Shown here: one piece after another, positions 1 through 10,557 of the stretch | Position numbering within the stretch: the first letter of the stretch is position 1 | How the letters are laid out: each line of letters opens with the position of its first letter | From: Octopus sinensis | Lineage: Eukaryota | Assembly (NCBI RefSeq): GCF_006345805.1 | Contig: NW_021835424.1 | Coordinates: 1-43,717 of the forward strand | Direction of reading: 5' to 3' | DNA length: 43,717 nt | Program-made: the position numbers and the translations under genes | Notes under the pieces: generated by a model | What the model was told of the DNA's origin: nothing | Database searches by the model: none | What the model saw: only the letters and a program-made list of their open reading frames with translations

Positions 1-224
1 ATTTGATTCGAGATAATCTTTTGTTTATTCTGTTGTTACCTGTACCCTATGAGCATAGTGTGCCTGCACGCTCATTCCAGGGTTAACATAGTTAATAGAT
101 AACGATAGTAAGAACGGATACTAGTATCCCTTACACGATATTAAACCGCTGACTCTGCTTACATATATATATCTATCTAAATATATATATATATTATATA
201 TATATTAGGTATTAATAATATAAT

Positions 225-340
225 TCTTTCTATTGGAGGCACAAGGCTTATATTTGCGGGGAGGGGAAAAGTCGATTACATCGACTCCAGTGTTCAACTG
301 GTATTTAATTTATCGACCCGATAGGATCAAATACTAAATC
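225..340 (-). mobile_element. SINE-A 3' fragment (tRNA-derived SINE)
   Basis: Reverse complement of the SINE-A body (tcgataaattaaataccagttgaacactggagtcgatgtaatcgactt) plus the ttgtgcctccaatagaaaga tail seen in other copies. Confidence 0.6.
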
Positions 341-422
341 GTCCCGTCGAGTGGGAACGTGAAACGGAGATTGTGTGATATTTCTGCTGTTGCTTTTAAA
401 TAACACACGCTATATATATGTA

Positions 423-489
<67 letters not shown>

Positions 490-579
490 TACGGCCTATA
501 CTACTTTCTTCCATGTCTTTGCGAAGGTTATCTTTTTGATATATATAAAATTTCCTAATTATATTTGTTTGCAGTTCGA

Positions 580-660
580 AGCTCCAACGAAGCTTTAAAG
601 TTATACACAACCATCTAACTTTGGTTGCATTGCATCTTTTAGCGGAAACAGCTGTAAGCT
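580..660 (+). ncRNA. Degenerate type I hammerhead-like motif
   Basis: agct-ccaacga-...-GAAA-CAGCTG-TA-agct: palindromic stem III and 4-bp stem I, but core has 2 mismatches to CTGANGA and stem II is long and poor. Confidence 0.25.
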
Positions 661-727
661 CATGAAGTTCGTTACGTAATTTCGTATTCCTTTTCATTTA
701 TTTGAATTTTGATATATTGTTGTGTAT

Positions 728-940
728 TTTCTACAACTAGGCAGAAAGCCCGAAATTTTTTAGAAGTGGGGCTGTCGATAAGATCGACCCCAGTATGCAG
801 CTGGGACTTAATTTATCGACCCCGAAAAGGAAAATGGCAAAGTCGACCACGGCGGAGTTTGAACTCAGAACGTAAAGACAGACGAAATGATAACGCTAAG
901 CATTTCGCCCGGTATGCTAACGTTTCTGCCAGCTCGCCGC
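728..940 (-). mobile_element. SINE-A, near full length
   Basis: tRNA-like head (ggcgagctggcagaaacgttagc...gagttcaaactccgcc with A/B-box-like motifs), conserved body, tail; matches copies at 4295 and 11210. Confidence 0.85.
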
Positions 941-1589
941 TCTAATATTGTGTCTTGGGAGGGTACGTACACATACATACACACACACGCATGCACACAC
1001 ATACTTACACACACACTCATATATATATACACACACACTTACATAAATATCTCTTTGTTTTTAGATCGTTAAGCATTATATTATTTATATATATTATATT
1101 GTCGATCATTTAGTCTTAATTTTGACAAGTCCTGGCTAATTACTCTATCAGTATGCAAGACCTGACGATTTTTCACTCCATATCTTTCTTATAAACAAAA
1201 TAGGATGAATAAACGTTATTAAGGTCGTCCAACATTTCAGAAAACTTGTCCACCCACTTGAATAACTTCACAGAGATTTCTATTTGTTTTTCAGATTGTT
1301 TCCCTGATTAAGTAATAAAATACAAAATATAATTTCATATATTCTGCTTGATCAATCTGTTCCTCACATATCCTGTTTCCTCAAAACTAATCTACAAGTC
1401 TTCGTGTACACAAAACAAGAATAAATTACATTTCGTTTCATGGGGATCATGGGGGTGTTACTGGTGGTGGTTTTTATCACATCTTTAGTTTTCCCATACA
1501 TACATACATATATATATATATAATAGTTAATCCCAACATGAAAACACAAAGAGAAAACACAACAACGCGAGGACGTGGAACAAATATAG

Positions 1590-1875
1590 TATTATTGGAC
1601 GCTCAAGAAGGAAGGGAAGAAGGAGGGTTTAATGTTTGGAGCGGAGCTCTTCGTCAGAAACGTAGGAAAAGGAAAGATCCAGAGAAGGGAAGACGGAGGG
1701 AAAAAAAGTCGCCAACGGTACACACGTGGTAACATTTTGAATGAGGAAAACGATCGTTTCGACCCATCTTGCATCGATCCCACACGGTTGAAATACTGTA
1801 CAAATGGTTGCGATGCATCCTTCGGGGCAGATATATCTTGTCAGGTGACTTTTTAAAAGGCAACCCACTCAATAA
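1590..1875 (-). mobile_element. Penelope-like/hammerhead-bearing interspersed repeat
   Basis: Minus strand 1661-1627 reads gttt-CTGACGA-a-gagc-tcc-gctc-cAAAC-att-aaac (decayed hammerhead). Flanks are homologous to 6985-7080, and 1743-1875 recurs at 3547-3678. Confidence 0.55.
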
Positions 1876-1901
1876 TATATGTATATATATATACACACAT
1901 A

Positions 1902-1976
<75 letters not shown>

Positions 1977-3013
1977 CTAGCATTATGACCCGTCGTTGCC
2001 GGGTCATAGTGCTAGTGCATGTATATATGTGTATATATATGTGTATATATTACATGTACATCTATATATATATATCTACACATAAAATACAAAATACAAA
2101 GTTATATCTTGATATCGCTAGTGATAACAATACTCAAAATATATAACAGACTGGAATTTTAAGCCCGTCTCTGGTAATTTCGATCAATTGTATCTTGTTC
2201 TCCCTCTTGTATAGAAGTGTAGCTACAATCCAGCCTACCTCTACTTCTGGGGGGGGGGGCATTTAAAAGTTTTATCCGGGACGTCCTACGTCCCAGATAT
2301 AAAGGGTAAAAATAAAATATTTCCACTTTGCAAGTTCGAGTCGAGTACTCCCTTGCACGCTCCGTTGACTCGAACCTTGCGAATTTACCGCCTCTGCTTA
2401 GATATCTTTCATAGTCGCACCAAGACACTTTTCGATTGTGCTTTCCTCCATGTGTTCAAATCTTTTTTCTCTACATTGTATAATTTATAGACAATAGTCT
2501 TTACTTTAATTTAATTTTTTTTATTATCCATCTGGACTATTCCATTTTGCACGCTAATTTTATTTTTAATTTATTCCCATTCATGTGAAACCACTTATTC
2601 AAGTTCAAGTCATTGATGCAATTTTATACCAATTGCTATTTTATTTTGTTATGTTACGATTATATTATACTTTAGTTTGATTTTAATTTTACTTACTACA
2701 TATAATTCAATTGTTATTATTATCTCTAATTTTATTGTTGAAGTGAAAGTATCTGACATAAAATAGAGAAATGTTTTTGTTTCACTTTTAACACGTAATA
2801 CTGAAATAGTGGAGAAGATATGATATTGCTATGGGCTCGCTCTAGGCAAGAAGTTGAACATTTTTTTGCCCATGAAACAACATGAACCCTAAGTAAGGCG
2901 TGCATAAAATTTGAATGAAATTGGTTGTGTAGTTCTCAAGTTTTAAGGAAACACACAAACAGACAGACAAACAGACAGACAGACACACATTCTCAGTTTT
3001 ATATATATGGAGA
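1977..3013 (-). mobile_element. Non-autonomous Helitron, copy 1
   Basis: Minus strand begins A|TCTCCATATATATAAAACTGAG with (GTCT)n, and ends in the GC-rich hairpin gacccg-gcaacga-cgggtc followed by ataatgCTAG|T. This gives 5'-TC, 3'-CTAG and an A|T target. About 950 bp are shared with 40884-41850. Confidence 0.8.
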
Positions 3014-3342
3014 TATATATATACACATATACATATATATATAATATAAATATATATAATATATATATATATATAATATATATATAATATATAATATATA
3101 TATACGTTTACATATATATAATATTTGTAACAAACCAGAAAATTTGTAAGTTATGCAGAGAAAGCTACTAACCGTGGGTTCGATTCTGGGTGGGGTCAGC
3201 TCGTCATTTTTCGGCCATTACTTTGTATTTAGAAATCGTCGCTTCAAATCGGAGATTATATAATATTATGATATATTATTATACAGTTATATATATATAT
3301 ATATTATATATATATGTGTGTGTGTGTGTGTGGTGTGTGTGT

Positions 3343-3379
<37 letters not shown>

Positions 3380-3546
3380 TATGTAGATATATATATACAT
3401 ATATATGTATATATATATATACATATAATATATATATATATATGTATATATATATAGATATAATATATATATAATATATATAATATATATATGTATATAA
3501 AACAAATGAGAGGAACAGAGAAGGAAACTCACGGGTTTCTTTATTA

Positions 3547-3678
3547 AGGAAAACGATCGTTTCGACCCAACTTGCATCGATCCCACGCGGTTGAGATACT
3601 GTACAAATGGTTGCCATGCATCCTTCGGGGCAGATATATCTTGTCAGGTGACTTTTCAAAAGGCACCTCACTCAATAA
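3547..3678. repeat. Second copy of a ~130-bp interspersed repeat (direct copy of 1743-1875)
   Basis: aggaaaacgatcgtttcgaccc...ctcaataa aligns nearly base for base with 1743-1875. Confidence 0.85.
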
Positions 3679-3837
3679 ACACAACTAATCGAGTGACATT
3701 TATATCAGGGCTGTGGATGCCATCAGGTAACCATAGACAGTAAAACTGCCTTAATCGGCATACTACTAGGTGTATACCCAAGATTTGAATAATCAGATGC
3801 ACACACAAACACACACACACGCACATATATATATCTT

Positions 3838-4200
3838 GCCAACCACATGGTTCCGGTTTCAGCGGCAACTTGATCAAATGACTATTATAGCTTAGTGCTA
3901 ACCAAAGCCTTGTGAGTGGATTTGGTGAATGTAAACTAAAACAAGCCCGTCCTAAATACGTGTGTGTGTGAGTGTGTGTTAGTGACTTTGCATTTGTGTT
4001 TGTTCCCTACCCGTGTTTGTTAACGGGTGTTGGTCCATTTCGTCCCCGTAACTTTGCTGTTCGGCAATAGGACACTGATAGACTAAGTACCAGATTTTAA
4101 CAAAATATAAGTACTGGGGGTCGATTGATTCGACTAAAAAATTCTTCAAGGCTGTGCCCCAGTATGGCTGCAGTCCAATGAATGAAACAAGTAAAAGATA
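3838..4200 (+). mobile_element. SINE-B, diverged copy
   Basis: aaccacatggttcc head, gccttgtgagtggatttgg block, internal (TG)n and CR1-like tail gtgccccagtatggctgcagtc...gaaacaagtaaaaga. Confidence 0.8.
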
Positions 4201-4294
4201 ATTAATAGGTAGATAGATAGATACATACATACATACGTATATAGAAAGGTATGTAGGTAGGTAGGTAGGTAGGTAGGTAGGTAGGTAAGTAGAA

Positions 4295-4530
4295 AGGCGG
4301 TGAGCTGGCAGAAACGTTAGCACGCCGGGCGAAATGCTTTGTGGTACTTCGTCAGTCGCTGCGTTCTGAGTTCAAATTCCGCCGAGGTCGACTTTGCCTT
4401 TCATCATTTCAGGGTCGATAAATTATGTACCAGTTACCCACTGGGCTCGATATAATCGACTTAATCCGTTTGTCTGTCCTTGTTTGTCCTCTCTGGGTTT
4501 AGCCCCTTGTGGGTCGTAAAGAAATAAGTA
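4295..4530 (+). mobile_element. SINE-A, full length, tail variant i
   Basis: aggcggtgagctggcagaaacgttagcacgccgggcgaaatgc...gagttcaaattccgcc head; tail tttgtctgtccttgtttgtcctctct...aaagaaataag shared with the 11210 copy. Confidence 0.85.
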
Positions 4531-4552
4531 GAAATGTATATATATATATATA

Positions 4553-5844
4553 CGAGGGGCGTTCAATAAGTAATGCCCCTGACCCACTTCCCATAGCAGT
4601 AGAGCAACGAAACTTGGCACAGGTATTAGTCTTTTTCAGCATAGGAACAACCCAGAGTTACGCATTTCTCCCATCGTTTGATACAGCTCTGGAGACCGTT
4701 TTCATAGAAAGACCCCAGCTTGGTCCTGCAACCACGACGTGACTTCAGAAATCAAGGCTGCATCATCTGGGAAACGCTTTCCTTTCAAAAACAACTTCAT
4801 GGCTGCGAAGAGGTGAACATCAGAGGGTGCAAGGTCAAGAGAGTAGGGAAAATGGGGGATGTGTTCATAGCCGCACGCCTGTGCTTCTGATCTGGCGACA
4901 CGCGAGTTGTGGACCGGAGCGTTGTCGTGCAGGAGCAGGATGCCTTTGCTGATCTTGCCCCGCCTCTTGGTTTTGATAGCTTCTCTTAATTTCCTCAAAA
5001 GTGAAGCATGATAGGCTCCTGTAATTGTGGTACCCTTTGCCAGGAAATCTGTCATCACTACTCCGTCCTGGTCCAGAAGACTGTGAGCATGACCTTGCCA
5101 GCGGAGGGCTGCACCCTTGCCTTCTTTGGAGGAGGTGAGTCATGGTGCTTCACTGCATTGACTGGGCTTTGGTCTCTGGATCATGTGTGAAGGACCCAGG
5201 TCTCATCCTGTGTAATCAGTCTTTTGAAAAATTTTGACTCATCTTCTTGGCACATCCCTAAATTCATCCTCGAGCACTCGACGCGTTCTTGCTTCAGGAA
5301 AAGTGTGAGCAACCTGGGAATCCCTCTGGCAGACACATTTTGCATATGCAAATGGTCATGAATGATAGTATCCACAGACTCGGTACTAATCTTGACCTGA
5401 TGGGCTATTTGGCGAATAGTTATGCGTCCATCTTCCAAAATGGCAGCCTCAACTTGACGGACAGATGCCTCATCAATGGCAGAAGGGGTGCGACCAGATC
5501 TGGGAGCTGTTTTCACAGAGTTCCCACCATGTTTGAATTCACGATGCCAGCGTTTTACAAGGTCATATGATGGGGCATCATCACCATAAGTTACTTTCAT
5601 TTCATCAAAAGTCTCCCGTGGTGTGCGTCATTTCAAATACAAAAACCGGATCACTTCTCGACACTCAACTGGCTCCATTTCACACTTGACTCATTTCAAA
5701 CACATGTAAATCAGAAACCACTATTAGTTTGGAGCTGTAATTTGCCACTTAATCTATAGAGATATAAATAATTACACATGCAAATCTCAGCTAGATCAAT
5801 CAACGGCAAGTGGGTCAGAGGCATTACTTATTGAACGCCCCTCG
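4553..5844 (-). mobile_element. Mariner (DD34D) DNA transposon, full length, 1292 bp
   Basis: 37-bp TIRs CGAGGGGCGTTCAATAAGTAATGCC(C/T)CTGACCCACTT at 4553-4589 and 5808-5844 with 1 mismatch; TA on both sides; encloses a transposase. Confidence 0.96.
4626..5678 (-). pseudogene. Mariner transposase pseudogene
   Basis: MEPVECREVIRFLYLK*..., IPRLLT, ITQDETW, LLHDNAP, PYSLDLAPSD (34 residues between D2 and D3), ...KRWEKCV...EKD*. One early stop and about four frameshifts (~5185, ~5150, ~5072, ~4705). Confidence 0.95.
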
Positions 5845-5876
<32 letters not shown>

Positions 5877-6462
5877 TACCTATGTACATACATATGTATA
5901 CTCATTCATTTGCATATATGTATATGTATATATATATATATGTATGTTTATTCATATACGTCTTTCCTCGTTATGCTTTAACCTCAGTCGAGATCCATAC
6001 TTATAATTCATCGTTTTACGAATTTCTTTAATGAATTATTTATCTTGATTGTGAATTGCAAATTATCCTCTATATTCTAATATAAAGAGATGATACAAAA
6101 CACAAGATGAAAATGGAAACCACCACCACCACACACACACCACAATTTATTGTTCCAATCCTACTGGTTCATTAAGTTAGAGCTTCTCCCATTTTATATT
6201 ATATACAAACAGCCGAGAGGACAACACAGAGCCTCCACAAAACCTCAATGGGATACCAGTGTATCAGAAGGTGAGAAGACTGGACAAACATGAAATGAAG
6301 TGTTTTGCCGCAGAATACGACAGGCTGCTGGTCTAGGAATGGAAACCACGACCGAATAATTGTAAGTTCAAACTAGCTACTAAGCAATCCACCTTCAATT
6401 TTATACATATCTACAAACTGGCTATTTATTTCTCTGCGATTAGTCAAATGATACAGACATCT

Positions 6463-6506
6463 CTGACGAAACCGAAATAAGGGTCGAAAACAGATTAAAG
6501 CTGTTA
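6463..6506 (+). ncRNA. Hammerhead-like motif, probably defective
   Basis: CTGACGA-aacc-gaaataag-ggtc-GAA-aacag-attaaag-ctgtt-a; core and stem III are present, stem I cannot form. Confidence 0.3.
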
Positions 6507-7019
6507 ATTGTTTTCAATCTGTGGAGAAAACGTTCAGTTTGCCACGTTTATATACCTATTGCATCAGTCTACATGTATATGTATGTGTATGGAGAGAAAG
6601 AGAGAGAGGTACGTACTAATACCTATATATGCATATATGTGCATATATGTGTGTCAGTTTTTGTGAGGCGGAGTTTATTCCGGTTTTCTGGACGTTTAAG
6701 CGATTGTGAGATCAAGAATTGTCTCTGAACTGGATGTCACAGCATAGCAGTGTTAAGTTCTGCCTGAAGAGTTGGGCGGTGACCTCCATCAGAGAAACAT
6801 CACGTAACGTGTGGCTAGATCAAGCCGTGAATAAGTAGCTTTAACTCCTTCAATAGATGTTGGGATTAATTTTCTTTGGTTTGCATACCTACGAGTGCAT
6901 ACGTGTTTATATATATACATCACGCGGGTATATATATGTACACATATATTTCAAAACCTAATCTCATGTGAATCGTTGGCGATTCTTCCTCCGTCTTCCT
7001 TTCTATTGGACTTACCTCT

Positions 7020-7054
7020 GTTTCTGAAGAAGAGAGTTACTCGAAAAGTTAAAC
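7020..7054 (+). ncRNA. Minimal type I hammerhead motif, same family as 1627-1661
   Basis: gttt-CTGAAGA-a-gag-agtta-ctc-GAAA-a-GTT-aaac; stems I and II pair, and stem III has a C>A change relative to the palindromic ACGT. Confidence 0.5.
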
Positions 7055-7339
7055 CATCTTTCTTTCCATCCCTGAGCGTGTGCTAGTACCACGTTCTCTC
7101 ATTGTTGTTTTTTTTTTGTGTTTGTTCATCTTCTTTTTTAGATTTACTATATATATATATATACATATGTGTGTGTTTGTGTGTGTATGCGTGTACACAC
7201 ACACACACACACACAATATATATATATATATGTATATGTATATGTATATGTATATCTATCTATCTATATATATATATATATATATTTATATTAAGTCTTT
7301 CTTTGCTTGATTTGCATAATAGTGGTTTTGTCTCTAATT

Positions 7340-7364
<25 letters not shown>

Positions 7365-7370
<6 letters not shown>

Positions 7371-7411
7371 GAATATGTATATATATATATATACATATGT
7401 ATAAGAATATG

Positions 7412-7442
<31 letters not shown>

Positions 7443-7604
7443 TAAGAATATGTATATATATATATATAACATATATAAGAATATGTATATATTATATATA
7501 AAATATATATAAGAATATGTATATATATATAACATATATAAGAATATGTATATATATATATATATATAACATATATAAGAATATGTATATATATATATAT
7601 ATAT

Positions 7605-7652
<48 letters not shown>

Positions 7653-7695
7653 TAAGAATATGTATATAATATATATATATAAAATATATATAAGA

Positions 7696-7735
<40 letters not shown>

Positions 7736-7770
7736 TAAGAATATGTATATATATATATATATATATAAGA
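7365..7770. repeat. Compound minisatellite: aagaatatgt unit embedded in (TA)n, about 10 copies
   Basis: ataagaatatgtatat recurs roughly every 30-80 bp, separated by variable TA runs. Confidence 0.85.
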
Positions 7771-7883
7771 TATATATACCAGATTAATAAAACCTGCCTG
7801 ATATAAGAGAGTTACCGTGAAACATCGAGTAATAAGACATCAGTCGAATAAATACACACACACATACACACCACACACACACA

Positions 7884-7916
<33 letters not shown>

Positions 7917-8443
7917 ATATATATATGCATACATGCCATGCACACACACACACACTCATACACACAGAAACGCGGCAATTAAATGGTCAAGCTGCGAAGG
8001 AAACATCTGAAGAATGATTAAGATGTATGACATTTTAGCAAGACATGTCTTCGCAGTTGTTAATTGGAAGCAAATCAATGGCGAACGCCATTTTGACAAT
8101 AGCACAACGTACACCAAGATCCTTAGCAATTGAAGAAATTTATTACACATTTTGGTGTGTGAAAGTAGAATAGGAAATTAGGGCGTCCACTGAAGGTGTT
8201 TGTTTAATTTTATGACCACGAATCCCTGCTCAACCATCGTTCATACTTCTGTGTTCGCTCGTTTTGTACAATGTTATATCTTGAAAAACTTTAAAACTAC
8301 ACACGAGTGTCATAAAGATGAAGTGCTTATTAGATAATGTTGTCTTAGATACATTGTGTATGAACAAAAATGACGGGATGGGCATGGCTGGCAAATCTTA
8401 ACCATAGATCTGTTCGATTAGGTTTTGGCTGGTATGTTTTACC

Positions 8444-8559
8444 TTTTATTTTTTACTTGTTTCGGTCATCAGAGTACGGCCATACTGGGGCACCACCTAG
8501 AAGTTTAGTCGAACGAATAGGCCACTGTACTTGGAATTTTTTAAAGCCTGGTACTTATC
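8444..8559 (-). mobile_element. SINE-B 3' part (host of nested insertions)
   Basis: Reverse-complement tail ttttacttgtttcggtca...ggccatactggggcaccacc through aagcctggtacttatc; the SINE resumes at 10381 (ctatcgg...). Confidence 0.8.
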
Positions 8560-10275
8560 AAGAGTGTTTTCACTCCACCCCTTGGGCATCTCCAAATCAC
8601 CAATCCAACTGACTTTTTTACCACTGCAGATATAAAATCATAGGCGGCGACGATAGATTACATCGATATAAAGGAAGACGATGTAATCAAGGCTATAGAT
8701 GAAATGAAAACAGACTCAGCTACTGGCCCCGATGGATTCCCGGCAATCCTCCTAAAAGCATGTAAGAGAGTCCTAGCAAGACCACTGCAGTTCCTCTTTC
8801 AGAGCTTCCTTGCAGCTGGCAAACTTCAAGAAAACTGAAGGAAGGTAAAATATGCCCCATTCATAAAGGAGGTAGCAGAGCGGAAGCCAAGAACTACAGA
8901 CCTATCTCCTGACCTCACACATCAGCAAGGTCATGGAACGAATAGTCAGAAGGAAGCTGATCACTTCCTTGAAGAGAATGACTTGCTGCCCGACACCCAA
9001 CATGGTTTCCGACCAGGGAGAAGCTGTTTAACTCAGCTCCTACAATACTATGAGGGTGCTGAAACGGCTGCTCAACCACTCAAATGTGGAAGTGATATAT
9101 CTCGACTTTGCAAAGGCCTTTGATAAAGTCGATCATGGAATGATATGTCACAAACTGCCTGATCTCAACATAGTTGGAAAACTGGGAGAATGGCTTCATG
9201 ACTTTCTGAAAGATAGAAGTCAGGTGGTAGTAGCCAATGGGGCCACTTCCATTAACACGCAAATAGTGAGCGGTGTTCCGCAGGGCACTGTTCTGGGACC
9301 ACTACTGTTCATAATGGCCCTCTCAGACATGCCCCCAGCCACGCAGAGAGCCACGATCACAAGTTATGCAGATGATACAAAAGTTTCACAGGCAATACAG
9401 AACCCTGAGGACACTAAACACCTGCAATGTGAGCTGACAAAATATACAAGTGGGCTGAAAAGAATAGCATGCAGTTCAATGCTGAAAAGTTTCAAGCTCT
9501 ATACTATCAGCATGCAAAACTAAATGCAATACCCAATGAATACACTGGACCCGGAGGAATAGCAATCCCAGAGGCACAATCAGTGCGTGACCTGGGTATT
9601 TACGTGAGTGATGACGCGACCTTTCGTGTACATGTTGCTAAATTGGCAATGAATGTAACACGACTGGCCGGATGGATCCTCAGAACCTTTAGAACAAGAG
9701 AACAAGAAACCATGATGGTCCTCTGGAGGACACTTGTCCTAAGCCACTTTGACTACTGCTCTCAGTTATGGTCACCATCCAGTGTCAAGTTGATCACAGA
9801 GCTCGAGGCGATCCAACGTAGCTACACGAAGAAGATAGCCTCTATGCAGAATGTAAGCTACTGGGAAAGACTCAAGAGATTAAAACTATATTCCCTGGAG
9901 CGTAGGTGGGAAAGATATGCCATAATATACATCTGGAAGATCCTGGAGGGACGTGTCCTAAACTTTGGTATCGAGAGTTACGCAAATGCCAGAACTGGGC
10001 GCCACTGCGTGGTGCCTAGGACTCCAAACTTGCCATCAAGATGTAGGACAAGATTCTGTGATAGCCTGGGCTTCCGAGGCCCACAGCTCTTCAATATCCT
10101 CCCGAAGAACCTGAGAGACCTGCATGGGGTGGATGCAGATGTCTTTAAAATGGAGCTGGATCTCTTCCTGTCAGGTGTCCCAGATGAACCAACTTCACGG
10201 CAGGAGGGGCAGATGAGGGCAGCTGCATCGAACTCTCTCATGCACCAAATGGCAGTTGCTAGAAAGCTTTCGTGA
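8560..10275 (+). pseudogene. Non-LTR reverse transcriptase (ORF2, CR1-like), frameshifted
   Basis: SATGPDGFP, ICPIHKGG...NYRPIS, QHGFRPGRSCLTQL, IYLDFAKAFDKVDH, SGVPQGTVLGPLLF, YADDTK, DLGI, FDYCSQLWSP, LEAIQR, SYWERLKRLKLYSLERR; several frameshifts and stops. Confidence 0.95.
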
Positions 10276-10343
10276 AGTGAAACCAAGTAGCAACACCAAA
10301 TGGCGGTGCCCCAGCATGGCCACAGCTCATAAGCTGAAACTAG

Positions 10344-10378
<35 letters not shown>

Positions 10379-10380
10379 TC
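8560..10380 (+). mobile_element. 5'-truncated CR1-clade LINE with 3' UTR and (CAAT)n tail
   Basis: RT-coding region, stop at 10275, short UTR ending ggcggtgccccagcatggccacagctcataagctgaaac, then (caat)n; it interrupts a SINE-B. Confidence 0.92.
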
Positions 10381-10470
10381 CTATCGGTTTCTTTTTCTCG
10401 AATCGCTAGGTTACAGGGACGTAAACATGCCAACACCTGTTGTCAAGTGGGGGACAAACACATACACACA
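10381..10470 (-). mobile_element. SINE-B middle part, continuing 8444-8559
   Basis: ctatcggtttcttttt...ggacgtaaacatgccaacacctgttgtcaag...ggacaaacac matches the SINE-B right half. Confidence 0.75.
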
Positions 10471-10557
10471 GGCACACACACAGACATAACACACACATGC
10501 ACACAGTATATATATATGTGTGTGTGTATGTATATACACACATATATATTATATATA

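Noticed and set aside
1743-1875. Possible hammerhead in the 130-bp repeat (minus strand CTGACAA...GAAACGATCGTT)
   Set aside because: The 3' half is palindromic and suggestive, but the core is C3/A8 mismatched in both copies and stem I does not close.
2159-2428. ORF MSWCDYERYLSRGGKF, also at 41151-41351
   Set aside because: It lies inside the Helitron copies, the two versions differ by indels and length, and no Rep/helicase motif is visible.
4295-4385. tRNA-like sequences with A/B boxes, here and in many other copies
   Set aside because: They are SINE heads: the cloverleaf is interrupted and runs into a SINE body. I found no true tRNA gene.
6763-6810. CTGAAGA...GAAAC-atcac-GTA hammerhead-like motif
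   Set aside because: Neither stem I nor stem II can be paired.
7365-7770. Repeat-spacer-like patterns resembling CRISPR
   Set aside because: The context is eukaryotic, the spacers are just TA runs, and no cas genes are present.
9978-10349. 123-aa minus-strand ORF
   Set aside because: Antisense shadow of the CR1 ORF2 end.
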